Shown: positions 27,411 through 41,748, counted from the first letter of the stretch. The stretch is 64,000 bases of DNA from Octopus vulgaris (GCA_951406725.2 OX597826.1:40610001-40674000), one strand, 5' to 3'. The notes: generated by a model not told the origin, from the letters alone. Program-made: numbers and translations.

Positions 27411-28686
27411 AAAAATAACAAATATTTACTCAACACTGTTTTTAATATCTCCCCATGGCAGTTAGAAACTATATCATTCCAATATACAATCATAATACAC
27501 CATTCCATTTTATCATTATACCGTACCATTATAGCATTAAATTTCAGTATTCCATTAATCTATACCAATCCATTATTCCATTACTTCATTATATTATAGT
27601 ATTCCATTAGGCAAAAACAATAAATACCTACAGACATTGAAATCTTGTATGAAACAATGAGGGATCCACTATATAATCGCTCAATCAGCTAGAAATAACA
27701 GCTAAATCTCCCTCAAATCACACTCCACTATGTTAAATAAAAGAGAAGATACTGGATAATTTGACCCTAAATACACTGAATGTCAATAAAAAAGAAAAGT
27801 TGTCATTCAGTACAGGCACAGGCACAGTTGTATAGTATGAAGCTTGCTTCACAACTACATGGTTCTGGGTTCAGTCCCACTGTGTGGCACCTTGGGCAAG
27901 TATTTTCTACTATGGCCTTGGACTGAAAAAAGTCCAATGTATGTGTATATATATATGTGTATATATGTATGTGTATATATATATATATATATGTGTGTGT
28001 ATATATATGTATGTGTATATATCATGATCATCATCATCATCATCATCATCGGTTAATGTCTGTTGTCTATGTTGGCGTGGGTTGGATGGTTTGACCAGGG
28101 CTGGCAAGCTGGAAGGCTGCACATGACAGTTAAAAAAATAACATAGATCTATGGAAACTATACCAGTCCATGCAGGTCCACCCTGACACCTCAACACCAC
28201 TTTTATCTCTGTCCAGCTCTACCCCAGTTACTCCACCCCAGTTACTTCTATAATGTGAGTAGCCATGTGGCTCCTCTACAGCAAGAAATTTGTTCTGTCC
28301 TGGCCTTTTCTTTCATACCTTAGCCTCTCATCCTCTAGCATAAAGCTGCTTACCTCGCTATTATAATCCCATCTACTTGAAGAGGATCTTAGATGTGCAA
28401 GCTGCATGGTGATCTCACAAATGCTAGTGCCATGAAAGAAGAACACTATATACTCTGTGAAGAGGTTGGTGTTAGGAAAGGCTTCCAGCCATAGAATCTA
28501 TGTCAAAGCAAGCATTGGAACACAATACAGTCCTCAAGCCAGTTAGATCCTATCATATTGTCCAAGTCATGCCAGCATTGAAGAGTAGTATTAAAACACG
28601 ATGATAATATTGATTGAAATCTGTTGATGGTAAAATTATGATTTTTCTTTTTAAACTTAAAATAATTTCCTTTTCTATGTTTACAG

Positions 28687-28800
28687 GCAGCTTCTAAAGT
28701 GGACTACAAACCTGATAGTGTTTTATACCAAAACCTCATCAGTTTAGACGTTCCTATTGTGTGTGTGAAGAAAAAAAAGAAACCAGTTGTTAAAAAGAAG
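28687..28800 (+). CDS. PPP1R35: PPP1R35-like protein, coding exon 2 (AASKVDYKPDSVLYQNLISLDVPIVCVKKKKKPVVKKK)
   Basis: TTACAG acceptor, 114 nt, phase 0 at both ends, AAG|GTAGGT donor. LYQNLISLDVP resembles the PPP1R35 C-terminal domain motif LFRDLVSLQVP (recalled from the human protein). Confidence 0.88.
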
Positions 28801-30590
28801 GTAGGTGGATTTGGTTGTCTGTTTCTGAAATAATATCCATTTCTACTCTAGGCACAAAGCCTGAAATTTTATGGGGAAGGAGATAGTTGATTACATCGAC
28901 CCCAGTACACAACTGGTACTTCATTTATTAACCTTGAAAGGATGAAAAACAAAGTTGACCTCAACAGAATTTGAACCCAAAATGTAAAGACAGACGAAAT
29001 ACCACTAAGCATTTTGTCCCACATGCTAACAATTCTGCCAACTCACTGCCTTCTTTTCAAATAATATCAATACTACATATTGCATAAAAACCAGAAATTT
29101 TTGGGGGGTTCAGTACAGTCAGTTATTGACAAATACTTTATTTGATCAACTCTGGAAGGATGGAAGACAAAGTTGAACTCAGAACATAAACAGCTAGATA
29201 TTTTGCCTGGTGCTCTAACAGCTGTGCCTTTAAATCACCCTTATTTGAAATGATATTGACATGGGGGATGTAGAGTCAGTTGAATTGACTCCAGTATATA
29301 ACTGGTTAGTCTTTCTCTTAGTTTTTCAGCTCCCTGTCAAGTGTAGGCCATCAGTTATATATGCCTTGTATAAGCTACCATCATCACCCTTCAAGATCCT
29401 CTTTAGCAGAATCCTTCCTAGCAGTTTCTTGTTTCTCTTGAAAATTCCTAAAATAATTTTTGGCCCTGTTGGTCCCCATAAAGTGATGGCCCTCTCAGCT
29501 TCAGTTGATAACATGAATGCTATTCTTGTGTAGCAGTCATCTTTGCATCTTGAGATCAGAGGAAGTTCCAGCATCTTTAAAAAGGCTTTAACAAGAAGAC
29601 ATCATCAATGTTTGAGGCAGAGAACCTTCTTTGATCCACAAAGGTGGGTTAATTTGTACTCTCATTGATGTTTTCATAGCAAGAAATATTTTAAAATAGA
29701 AAGATTGTTCTTGAAAGATGACATTTGGGAGTAGTATCGAGGTGCCCAAATGGAAGGATTCTGCAACAGAGAAAGAGGGAGGAAGAGGTGGTGGAGTGTT
29801 TATATCAGGATGTTGGACCCCACAAAGGAAAATAATGAGGAGCTGCAAGGAGTGGTGATATGTTTTGGAATGGACCCAACCCTACTATGCCAGCATAAAC
29901 AAACAGAAGTATATACATACGTACATATGTACATGAAGATGAGATGGTCACAGCCTTTAATCATAGATTAACTTGATCAGTTGTTTGGCCACAGGGTTGA
30001 CCAAAGGCTAAATAACCACAGCTACAAGTAATTACTTGTAAGTACTCCCTACCCACATATTCCCATCATCAGGATTTGAACTTTTCACTTAGAAGAAACA
30101 TCACTAAGTAATTAAACAGCCCCATAAGTGTGATGTGCTTAATTATAGCTGTCCTGTGTATGAGCTGGAGTGATCTAATCCTGGGAAGGTAGCATTGTAA
30201 CAGTAATGTGTTATTGATAATGTAACCCTAAGTATGACAGATCTCACTCTGGGAAAACAACATGTTCAGGGTGGTGTGTTATAATGGAACTTTATATATG
30301 AGGTAGACAGAAATCCATCTCTTGGAAGGCCATTCCTTAAGTGACAACCTGCTATTATCACAATACAACACTCAAGCAATGTACACTGATGATCTGATTA
30401 CTTGATGTGTTTTAGCTTTCATATTAGTGAGGTGCATTTGGCTGTTATATTGAATGACCCTGTAGATGCTCTCTAACTGGCTTGCTCTGTTTTTATATTC
30501 ATTATTAATTATCATATTCCAGAAGATGGCATGTTACTGTAATTTTACATTTGTATTCTGATCTCTGATTATCTGTTTTGTTAATTACAG

Positions 30591-30782
30591 ACACAAGAAG
30601 CTGTTCCACCAATGTTTTATGATAGTGCCAAAGAAAACACTCATGAAGAAAAGGGTAACTTCACACTTCAGGGAATTCCACTGCCACGAGTGAAGCTGCT
30701 AAAATCTCCACCTCTCTCCGCCTTTACTTTATATCAACACAACAGAGCCTGGGAAGGACTTCTTATTCACAATCACAGTTGA
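30591..30782 (+). CDS. PPP1R35: PPP1R35-like protein, last coding exon (TQEAVPPMFY...FTLQGIP...AFTLYQHNRAWEGLLIHNHS*)
   Basis: TTACAG acceptor, in frame, TGA at 30780-30782. FTLQGIP and FTLYQHNRAWE parallel the human C-terminus LTLDGLP and FLMHRTLRRWE. Spliced product is 304 aa. Confidence 0.88.
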   Translation, partial: TQEAVPPMFYDSAKENTHEEKGNFTLQGIPLPRVKLLKSPPLSAFTLYQHNRAWEGLLIHNHS

Positions 30783-31154
30783 TATCTGAGAAGTTTGCAA
30801 TATTTGATACAGAAAAAGATGGCAAGCTGACAGAATTGTTACTGTGCAAGACAAAATGCTTATCGGCATTTTGTCCATCTTTATGTTCTGAGTTCAAATC
30901 CTGCCATGGTCAACTTTGCCTTTCTTCCTTTTGAGGTCAATAAAAATAAATACCAGTTGAGCACTGGGGTTCATTTAATCGACTTACTCCCTCCCCCAAA
31001 ATTGTTGACCATGGGTCAAAATTTGAAACCAATATTTATACAGAATAAAATTTATTTTCTTCATTTTCTTACTCGACCCATAACTCAATATATTTTATAA
31101 TCAAAATCTTCATATTTAATTTATCTTTGTATAGAATCTTGTTTTGTTTTGTTT

Positions 31155-31160
31155 AATAAA
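31155..31160 (+). terminator. Candidate polyadenylation signal of the PPP1R35-like gene
   Basis: AATAAA followed by GT-rich sequence, ~370 nt after the stop. An alternative AATAAA lies near 31044. Confidence 0.4.
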
Positions 31161-32029
31161 AAACTGTTTTAATATATAAATGTGTGTTATTTGTAGAATA
31201 TATGAGTCTGTTATGTGTAGACTATGTGTGTGAGTGTTGTGTGTAAAATATGTATGTTTGTTACAGGTTGCAAAAGTGTTTTGTTTGTGCAATAATCTAC
31301 GAAATTCTTACATTCTCTTGATTTCCTGTAATTCAGACCACCTCATGGTCTTAGCAGACAAAGTGGAGACGGTGCTTTTTACGTGTTACCGGCACTGCAG
31401 TTAAGGAGTTCTTGATGAGTGCAGGCAGGGATTGTGGTTGGGAAATTTGCTTCACAACCATCTAGTTTCATGTCCAATGCCACTCTAAGCACTTTTCTAG
31501 CTTTGTTGTAAACAAAGCCTTGTGAATGAAATTTCTTAAACACCAACTATATAATCATAATGGGAACTCAGTTGAGGTGGGGGCTTGACAAGACAATACA
31601 ATAAAGAGTAGCCAAGTATTTGTTTAACACCCTCTCATATACAAACTTCTTATTTATTTGTATTGTATATAGGGTTTTGAGCGTGGTCGTTGCCAGAACC
31701 GCCTGACTGGCCTTCATGCCGGTGGCACATAAAAGCACCCACTGCATTCTCGGAGTGGTTGGCATTAGGAAGGGCATCAATCTGTAGAAACTTTGCCAGA
31801 TCAGATTGAGCCTGGTGCAGCCTTCTAGATCACCAGTCCTCAGTCAAACCGTCCAACCCATGCTAGCATGGAAAGCGAACATTAAACGACAACGATGATG
31901 ACGAAGAAACCACCACCATCACACACACACCAAAGTGATATAATTAAAAATATATCTAAAGTCTTTTTTTTATTAAACTTCCATTTCTCTTCTGTGAAAA
32001 TAAATTATTTCATTCTGCAACAACAGAGG

Positions 32030-32890
32030 ACATTAAGCAGTTTCATGAGGTAAAATGAATGGATCCAATATGCTACAAATCTTTCCTACAATCTGACCTG
32101 AACTCAATCAACAATGGGTTGCTGGTTCCGGGTAAGTGCACCCACTGTACGTACATTTTAGCAGGTGGGGAAAAAACAGTAATTTTATTATTCCCTCTGC
32201 AATACAAGCCTTAAGAATTCTGCTGGTGAATATAACCAAGACATTATTGTCAACAGTAATCTTCTTTGAACGAATCACATTTCTAAAATCACCCAAAATG
32301 CCGAAAGTGTCTTAGTATCACTCAGTAAGACTTTTGTTAGCCACTCATCAACTATTTATTTCAATTTATGTATGGCTATGGTATGTCTACACGTAGACTT
32401 TATATCTCCAGTTTGAAATCCCCATCTAGTCCAGAATATCGATCTACTGTCCAGAGACGTACAACCAGACGAATACCTTCTGACATTTACTTTATCTTCA
32501 ATGCAATGCTTCTTTTGGCATCGATACAGTCAAGTTTCAACGTCTAGCGACTGTCTTGACATAATCTCATAAGATTATCCATCATCTTTCCAACTATAAC
32601 TTTGACCAACTCTTTAACTTTAATACATCTATCACTCGTGGATATAAAATCAAAAAATAGCGCAGCAACTAAGACTTGCCCAAATATTTTTCATGCTAAG
32701 AATTATCAAAGCATGGAATGAACTACGTACATTAGTTGTTAGCACTCAGAGTACAGCTTGCTTCCCGGAATTCACCAACACTACTCCTGACATGCCTATG
32801 CACCCTTTCCTTTTTGTGGCTCTTTCATTTTTCGCTTTCTTGGGGTTTTGTGTGTTATACTTGGCACTATGCATGTACTTTCTAGTTTTC
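32030..32890 (+). mobile_element. Decayed CR1/L2-type LINE, RT C-terminal part
   Basis: Frameshifted NHISKIT, SPV*NPHL.QNIDLL..QRRTTRRIP and FFMLRIIKAWNEL. Same family as 24388. Confidence 0.7.
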
Positions 32891-33642
32891 GTTGTTGTCT
32901 TTCTACATCACGCTTGATCTGCACGGGTTAGATAATGTTCAAGGGAGACAACCTACTTTCAAGAGTTACTTCCCCTGAATATTTTACTGGACAACTTTTA
33001 TAATTGAAATTTATTAAATTTCTAACATTCCTTCTTTTGCATATTTATAATTACTTTGATCAAAACAAGAGACTGGGGGAGAATTGTTTATTATTTCAAG
33101 CTGCATCAACGATTGAATTCAGCTCTCATCGAAAACCTTATGACTGAAGTCGATTGAATGAATTGATGTGTTCTTCAAGTGCCCCATATCTTTTCGTTGT
33201 CGACTTTTTATCACTCGGTACAGATGCGTTCTTGTGACTATCCTAACATTTTTATGCCATAGTGCATCGAGGACTACTCTCTCCGGTGACTTCTTCCTTA
33301 AGACGATGAGAATTTAGGGAGAATGAGCTATTATCTTTTGGGGGGTTAAGAGATTATACGAAATACCCAATTTTTTTTTTTATGTCGGTCATGAGCCGAA
33401 CGATCAGCCTTATGACCAAAGACGTTCCAACTGCGGCCATCTCGACGTTTTTTTACATCCAAAAAGAAAAATTTCAATGTGTCCTTACAATTTAAAACAG
33501 TAACACTGTAATCTTCTTCTTCTTCTTCTTCTTCTTCTTCTTCTTCTTCTTCTTGTAGGAGATCAGGCTCTTAGACCTCCATCATCCTGCCCAATGTTAA
33601 TGAGTTAAGTATTTCTGTAGTCACCTGCTAAGACCATCCAGT

Positions 33643-33711
<69 letters not shown>

Positions 33712-33787
33712 CTATCTATCTATCTGTCTATCTCTCTGTCTGTCTGTCATCTCTATATTTACCTGTGTGTCTCACTTTATCTCTGTC

Positions 33788-33844
<57 letters not shown>

Positions 33845-34920
33845 TTATCTATCTCTCTCTCTCTCTCTCCATCTGCCTTTCTCTCCTCCTCCTCCTCCTC
33901 TTCTTTCTCCTCCTTGGCTTCCACTTCCTTCCACTTCACAATTTGTCGCTAACTTTTCAAATCCAATAAACTGAACCTATTCCCTTCTTAAGTTGTTAAA
34001 AAGCTTTCTCTTTAATTTCTGCATATCTAATTATATCGATTTTTGTCAGTCTGTATCGAACATCTTTAGCAGACCTATCACGTTTTATCGTTAACTAATC
34101 TGTTTCGTATCGTTGGTGACCATCATCACCGACCTTGGAGTCTTCTAATTTTGTTTAATTACATAGTACTATTTAGTTAGATCCGCCTATATTTTGAGTT
34201 CAAATCCCTCTGAGGTCGACTTCGCTTGGTAATATCCAGGGTTCGAGAGAATAAATACCAATCAACTATAGGTTGTGTATTCTATAATTCCTAGATTATA
34301 AAATGTGGCCACCTCGAGTTCAATTCATTTATTAAATTCAAAATTCATTAAATGTTGATTGATGGGGAAGGCTTTTTTGTTGAGTAACGTAAGTCTTAGT
34401 CAGATTTTATTGAATAATATCTCGAGCCAAAACGGGGTCTCAAAAATTTTTAGAATGCCAAGAAAAATCATTATATACCTGTAAAGATATGTTGAAGTTG
34501 TTTAATTTTGACCAGATATCGATACTGAGACAGGTCTTTTTTTTTCAGATCTAGATAGCATTGTCTCTAACATGACATTTTCTGTCATTTACGACAAGTC
34601 CGTTTTTGTCACGTACGTCACACTAGTTAAATGAGAATTGTGACCACAGACACTGTTGTCCAGCAAACCGATTAACAATTGTTTGAAACTTCAAGGTCAA
34701 TGTATATAAACACCTCGAGGATTTTTAAGCTGCTCTAGAGAAATTCAGAGGAATTAGCAGTAAGCATGTTCAGCTGAAAAGAGTTATTTTGTGTGATGTC
34801 ATGTTCTTCACAGCTTTGGAGTCTACTTCAAAAACTTCAACGGTACATGTGTAGTATGTGATCTACATACATGTTTCTCGTATAGCTTGTGATCAACATT
34901 TGTTCAAATGGTATAGTTTT

Positions 34921-35398
34921 AAGGCGGCGAGCTGACAGAAACGTTAGCACGCCGGGCGAAATGCTTAGCGGTATTTCGTCTGCCGCTACGTTCTGAGTTC
35001 AAATTCCGCCGAGGTCGACTTTGCCTTTCATCCTTTCGGGGTCGATTAAATAAGTACCTATTTCTTTACTACCCACAAGGGGCTAAACACAGGGGGACAA
35101 ACAAGGACAGACAAATGGATTAAGTCGATTACATCGACCCCAGTGCGTAACTGGTATTTATTTAATCGACCCCGAAAGGATGAAAGTCAAAGTCTACATC
35201 GGCGGAATTTGAACTCAGAACGTAGCGGCAGACGAAATACCGCTGAGCATTTCGTCCGGTGTGCTAACGTCTCTGCCAGCTCGATTAAATAAGTACCAGT
35301 TACGCACTGGGGTCGATATAATCGACTTAATCCGTTTGTCTGTCTTTGTTTGTCCTCTCTGTGTTTAGCCCCTTGTGGGTAGTAAAGAAATAGAAATA
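34921..35398 (+). mobile_element. SINE with an antisense copy of the same SINE nested inside
   Basis: Outer TSD GGTATAGTTT (34910 / 35399). Inner duplication TCGATTAAATAAGTACC (35042 / 35281). Confidence 0.85.
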
Positions 35399-36417
35399 GG
35401 TATAGTTTGTGATATACACCGACTTTTTGATCTACATTTAAAATTCATCTATTTACTCGACTTCCGGTTAGTTTGGTATATAAACCAAAACAATTTTTAT
35501 GATTTAAACATTTTTAGTCCTGAGCCCGCTGAAAGAAGCCGTGACGAGAGCAAAAGAATTTTACACACAGGTTTTTCGAAATAAAGAAGTTGCAATAGAA
35601 TAATTTCTCCGGCGCTATGACCTCCTTGTTTAACTCACTCCTCTAATTATAATTACAAATTTCTAACAGAATTTTGAATGTAAATCACAAGCTAGTCTAG
35701 ATTTAAGTTACCGTAGATCACAACGACATGCAGATCACGTAATACACCGGCACCACTTCAATATATATTCCAAGTAAAATAAGGCGGCGAGCTGGCAGAA
35801 ACGTTAGCGCGCCGGGCGAAATGCTTAGCGGTATTTCGTATGTCGTTACGTTCTGAGTTCAAATTCCACCGAGGTCGACTTTGCCTTTCATCCTTTCAGG
35901 GTCGATAAATAAAGTACCAGTTTCGCACTGGGTCGTTGTAATCGACTTAATCCCTTTGTCTGTCCTTGTTTGTCCCCTCTATGTTTAGCCCCTTGTGAGT
36001 AGTAAAGAAATATGTATATCCCAAGTAAAAACCAAAAATGTTTCTTGCTTGCCTCGGGAAAATGAATTAATACAATACTTGTAAATGTCCAGGATCTACA
36101 GCTTTCATAATTCGTTTCTGACTGTCATGTACGTCACTCGAAAACAGCCTTCTAAATTAAAATATCGTGTCTTCAAAGGCGATAAACATTTGCATCAGTA
36201 TTATAAAAGAAAATGTGAAGGGAGACTAACTCATGTTGTGAGTAGTCTCCCTTACATTATTGTGAATCTCAAAAATTCCATTATACATCAAACAATTGAA
36301 GACTTTTCAGCTACGACATATTGTATCTTTTATTCCGAAATAATCTATAGATCCTTGTGATTTTCGTCACTGTTTACAATTATCTTTAAAGGAAACTTTT
36401 TTTTAATACATCATATA

Positions 36418-36853
36418 GGCGCAGGAGTGACTGTGTGGTAAGTAGCTTGCTAACCAACCACATGGTTCCGAGTTCAGTCCCACTGCGTGGCATCTTGGGC
36501 AAGTGTCTTCAGCTATAGCCCCGGGCCGACCAATGCCTTGTGAGTGAATTTGGTAGACGGAAACTGAAAGAAGCCTGTCGTATATATGTATATATATATA
36601 TATGAGTGTGTGTGTTTGTGTGTCTGTGTTTGTCCCCCTAGCATTGCTTGACAACCGATGCTGGTGTGTTTACGTCCCCGTCACTTAGCGGTTCGGCAAA
36701 AGAGACCGATAGAATAAGTACTGGGCTTACAAAGAATAAGTCCCGGGGTTGATTTGCTCGACTAAAGGCGGTGCTCCAGCATGGCCGCAGTCAAATGACT
36801 GAAACAAGTAAAAAGAGTAAAAAGAGTAAAAAGAGTAAAAAGAGTAAAAGAGT
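36418..36853 (+). mobile_element. Major ~430 bp tRNA-derived SINE with internal (TA)/(TG) microsatellite (representative copy)
   Basis: A/B-box-like TGGCTGTGTGG / GTTCAGTCCC and an (AAAAGAGT)n tail. Other copies or fragments lie at ~1368, 1899, 24745, 27815, 40490, 42455, 48992, 50270-51010, 55700, 57960, 59800, 60700 and 61740. Confidence 0.9.
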
Positions 36854-36889
36854 ATATAGATGTAATTTTTGACGCTGATTCCAAATTTG

Positions 36890-37495
36890 GAATCTAGTCT
36901 TTCTCATTCGCCAAAGGAGTCACCCCCACCTTAATTTTGCTCAGATTGCTTTCAATTTCGGTGTATCGATGCAACTCTGAATTTTGATTACGATCAACCA
37001 ATCACTTTATCTCGTAAATGAAATAATCTGATGTTATTTGGAATTAAAGTTGGGAAAATTGGGTAATTTTAGCCAATCAACAGACAGCGTGTCATTAGCT
37101 GCTTGTTACCATGACAACCGCACGCTGCGCTCGGGTTCACTATTGTCTGCGCGGTTGCTGTCCGGCGAACTGGCAGAAACGTTAGCGCGCCGGGCGAAAT
37201 GCTTAGCGGTATTTTGTCTGCCGCTACGTTCTGAGTTCAAATTCCGCCGAGGTCGACTTTGCCTTTCATCCTTTCGGGGTCGATTAAATAAGTACCAGTT
37301 ACGCACTGGGGTCGATGTCATCAACTTAATCCGTTTGTCTGTCCTTGTTTGTCCCCTCTATGTTTAGCCCCTTGTGGGTAGTAAAGAAATAGGTTGCTGT
37401 CTATGCTGTCAATTCTTCACACCACGAGATTCTTTGTGTTTTGTTTTAATTTTTCTGTGCGTTAGTATATTACATTTTTTTCTGTGCGTTAGTAT
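36890..37495 (+). repeat. Unclassified ~350 bp interspersed repeat, interrupted by a SINE (inverted copy at 42110-42452)
   Basis: Reverse-complement match by eye, e.g. TAGCCAATCAACAGACAGC..TTAGCTGCTTGTTACCATGACAACCGC. Confidence 0.75.
37163..37391 (+). mobile_element. Second SINE family (~230 bp, GGCGAGCTGGCAGAA...GAGTTCAAATTCC), copy with 10-bp TSD
   Basis: TSD GGTTGCTGTC at 37153 and 37392. Other copies lie at ~4520, 5050, 20470, 28840, 30820, 34921, 35781, 52550, 54390-54900 and 61315. Confidence 0.9.
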
Positions 37496-37599
37496 TTTCA
37501 AAATTATATTAATGTTACAAATTTTTTAAAATAATAAAACCATACAATCAATGAAAAGACAAAAGAAACAGTAAGATGATACATGTTGATTTTATTAGG

Positions 37600-38015
37600 T
37601 ACTAGCAGTATCGCCCGGCGTTGCTCGGGTTTGTAAGGGAAATAACTATATAAGCATTTTTAGAGATGTAAAGTATAGTAGCCATCTCAATATGGCTAAC
37701 CACAAAGGGGGGGGGGGAGGTTACTGTAGCTTCTTACGTTCTGAGATTTAATAATACATTTTTAGAGAGTTACTTCCCTTATATAAACCGAGCGAAAATG
37801 CATTAAAAATGTGAAAAATTGATGGTAAATTTTTTTTTAAATCGTAGACTCATCGTAGACTCATCGTAGACGCGCGCTAATACCCAGAAGGGCTCAATAT
37901 GGATCACGACTATAAGATACCTACTTTTGGTTACACTGCACCGCAAAATGTGGGAGTAGTTAGGAATTTAAATCGTAGGAGACAGACACACAACTTCACT
38001 TTTATATATAAAGAT
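37600..38015. mobile_element. Non-autonomous Helentron/DINE-like element
   Basis: Begins TACTAGC with the hairpin CCCGGCGTTGCTCGGG and ends TTTTATATATAAAGAT in T-rich context. Confidence 0.6.
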
Positions 38016-38449
38016 TTCTGTTATTCAGACGTAATAATTATATAGCTGAAATAAACATCAGAAATGCTTTGCCCCACGCAGAAACTGCAAGAGCTACTCA
38101 AAAGTTTTGACTGAGCTGAAATTTAGGGTAACGCCCAACTTCTTTCACACGAACTTATTGCACAACCTTTCCTTTGACTCGAGGCATGAAAAAGTCGTCA
38201 AGCAAAAATGGCCTCTGATGTCTGGGCATGATACCACACAGGAAGCACCATACTTTGAACCTTCCAAATAACTGGATTTTGTCAAATATCCTTACCCAGT
38301 TGCCTCGTTGGGTTTTCGTGTTTTCAGCATTGCAAATATCCTTAAGAGAGAGAGAATGTGTGTTTGGTGTGCGGGTGTGCTTATATATATTTATAAACAT
38401 ATACATGTATGTGTGTGTGTGTATGTGTGTGTGTGTGTGTGCGTGTGTG

Positions 38450-38513
<64 letters not shown>

Positions 38514-38665
38514 TATATAACGCACACGCACACACACACACATATATATATATATACATTTTATATATATATATATATATATATAAAATAATAAGGGTGA
38601 AAAATTGAATATAAATTTGATCAATATCAATTTAAAACCAGTGGTCTAAGATTTTTCAATTATAC

Positions 38666-38768
<103 letters not shown>

Positions 38769-40258
38769 AAAAGAAGCAAATGCACACAGTTTACATAGTT
38801 TTAATATATTTTGAATGAAAGAATATTGTGGTTGTCGGCCGGTTTCGTTTTCGCTAATCATGAAATTGAAATTATCGTGATTTCGTATTTTCTTAAGAGG
38901 TTTAAGTCTACGTTCTTGCATGAAAGTTTTTGAATGAATCAACGAGTAGAAAATCTAAGGCGAGGTAATTGGTGATAGTTATTATTCGGGACAGGGGAGG
39001 TAATTGCTCATCGGGGGGGGGGGGTGATAAATAAACATACAAAAACTCGTGAGCTAAAATAGTGAGATGAAATATGTATAGTGATGGATATATAATCATG
39101 AATTAAAATATAAACTGAGACCAAAGTTGGTTATGCATTCATAATTAGGCGTGTTCTGTATTTTTCGATAAATAAAGTTTCTTAATTTAAACGTTCTTGT
39201 ATAGAAATTGTTTCATTGCACTGGTAGAGGGAGGAACTGTGAAATTTTGTTGGAGATTCCCTGCACATCGCCCTATGTGTTCACTCAAATGTATCTGTCT
39301 ATACCTTGGGAAACAGATCTGTTCCTTATACAGTGTGGTTCTTGATCTATGTGACATACTTGTCTGTCGTATATAGTTGTGTCCACAACATGAATAAGTT
39401 ATAACATATATTAACTACGTTATGGTTTATATATCAGTGGCGACTCCGGCACTCGGGTGTTCGGGCTTACCCCGAGTATAAATTTAGTAGAGTGAACATG
39501 TTTTTGTAAGCTGATTTAATTTCTGCCAACACTGACTTCAAGTATGCAACTGCAGCCAATAACTCGGCTCCTTTTATTGAGCCTGGTTGCAGTTTATTTA
39601 TTTTCGTTCAGCGTCTGGCGGTCGTCTTGTCAAAAGATATCATTTGTAACAGACGTTCTCTCAACATCGTTCACATGCGCCTGACTCGGGCTCAGAAGTT
39701 ACAGCCTGAGTTGTTATCTAAAATCGTAAAAATTAAAAGTAATTCAAATTTAATTTTTCTTGAAACAATAAATTTCTAAGGAGATTAGGATTTAAATTCC
39801 AATCTATGAAATGTTTCCGTTTACAATATCCTTAAAGGAATGAAAAATTATTTAGCAGCTTGGGCTAATACGAACGAGCCTGGTAGGTGTAAAAGACTAA
39901 CTGGCATCTCTTGTCAAGAGGACAGACAGTCAGATCGCTGATGTTTGTTGTGTACTCTGCTGTTATTATTTGATTGCTGTTATTCTGTGCGTTTGGGTGT
40001 CAAGATCATTTTTTTTTTGCAGGATTGCTTAATTATTACCTTTAAATAGAGGTGCTAGATATTAAAAAAAAAGCCATTCGGAGTTAGTAATACAGCGGAA
40101 AAGCGTGAAATTCTTCGAGCAAACATGTGTCTTATGTGAAATCTATGAGCGCGAGTGACACTGATGATCGGAAGTCACCTCTGATTATACACACACACAC
40201 ACACATATATATCTATGTATATATATATGTGTGTGTGTGTATACATATATATATACAC

Positions 40259-40293
<35 letters not shown>

Positions 40294-40394
40294 CATACAT
40301 ACATACGTACGTACGTACGTACATACATACATACATATATATATACATACATACATACATACATACATACATACATACATACATACATACATAC

Positions 40395-40484
<90 letters not shown>

Positions 40485-40723
40485 TACTCTTTTTTTACTC
40501 CTTTTACTTGATTCAATAATTTGACAGCGGCTATGCTGAAGCACCGCCTTTAGTCAAACAAATCGGCCCCCCAGGACTTACTCTTTGTAAGCATAGTACT
40601 TATTCTATCAGTCTCTTTTGCCATACCGCTAAGTTACGGGGATGTAAACACACCAGCATCGGGGACAAACACAGACACACAAACATATACACACACTTAC
40701 ATATATATATATATACGACGGGC

Positions 40724-41112
40724 TTCAGTGAAGATTGACAGTATACAACCATTCTATCGCCCCACCACCGTACATGTCTCTGCGAGAGATTTAGAAATTC
40801 AATATTTCTTATTTTGATAATCAGTTAATAAACTTCACTGAATATAGATATATACAATTACGAAGTCGAGACAAATATCACCAGCTGACCGGTGTCTGCT
40901 ACTCTAGGCCGATGAAGGACAACGATCCTGAAACACGTGTCCCTAGATATAGCTTCGGCAGCCGGGGGTGTTTGTCTCCCCTTTGTATATGTATATAAGG
41001 ACACAGGGAAAAATGTGTCAAAGCCATCAGGAGGCGTTCGATGCTTCCTAGGGTTATACAGCGGTGGTGTACCCCCTACTGTCACGTTCTTGTTAGATTG
41101 ACAGTATACAAC

Positions 41113-41120
<8 letters not shown>
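40724..41120 (+). mobile_element. HHR-containing non-coding unit, 363 bp period
   Basis: 26-bp direct repeat AGATTGACAGTATACAACCATTCTAT at 40732 and 41095. A 10-bp inverted piece sits at the 5' junction. The unit truncates a SINE and ends in (TA)n. Confidence 0.75.
40903..40947 (+). ncRNA. Minimal type I hammerhead ribozyme motif
   Basis: Stem I TCTAGG/CCTAGA, core CCGATGA, stem II AGGA/TCCT, GAAAC, palindromic ACACGTGT stem III, GTC triplet. Confidence 0.85.
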
Positions 41121-41166
<46 letters not shown>

Positions 41167-41671
41167 TCATTCTTCTTTTTGCATTGGATCTAGTTTTTTT
41201 TCATTCGCAAAATATACATTTCTTAAAAGGAAGTTAAATTATCTGAAAAATGGCTATAATAATGTCGCCTTCCAGCCTCATTGCTTTGAAAGTATGATAT
41301 TATGGAGAAAAAAATGGAGAGAGGTTTAAAAATCGGAAGAAAAAAAACCCTGAGTATTTTTAGCCAATAGCGCGACAGAAATTTTCTGCGTTTAGCGGAC
41401 CGGTGTCAACTTTAAGATTGTACCTGTAAAATTTAGAGTTGAGCATCTGACCTGTTCATTCTAGGTTTCTAAATAAACAGAAATATCTAATAAAATCAAC
41501 ATGTATCATCTTACTATTTCTTATGTCTTTTCGTTGATTACATATTTTTTCAAATTTGTTGTATTAATATATTTGTATGCATGTGTTTACATTATGCGTA
41601 TTTCAGCATTATGTATACCTATCATGTATTTGTGTACATCATTAATATATAAGTGCATGTGTATGTGTGTA

Positions 41672-41748
<77 letters not shown>

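Noticed and set aside
29261-29850. Intronic ORFs of 73-90 aa
   Set aside because: No clear exon boundaries. Only a faint resemblance to a decayed RT (KILFSRIL), too weak to call.
36020-36060. Minus-strand ASKKHF as possible TAF1 exon 2
   Set aside because: The GAG acceptor is atypical and the following residues (WFLLGIY) do not match LxxLGxLGLGS.
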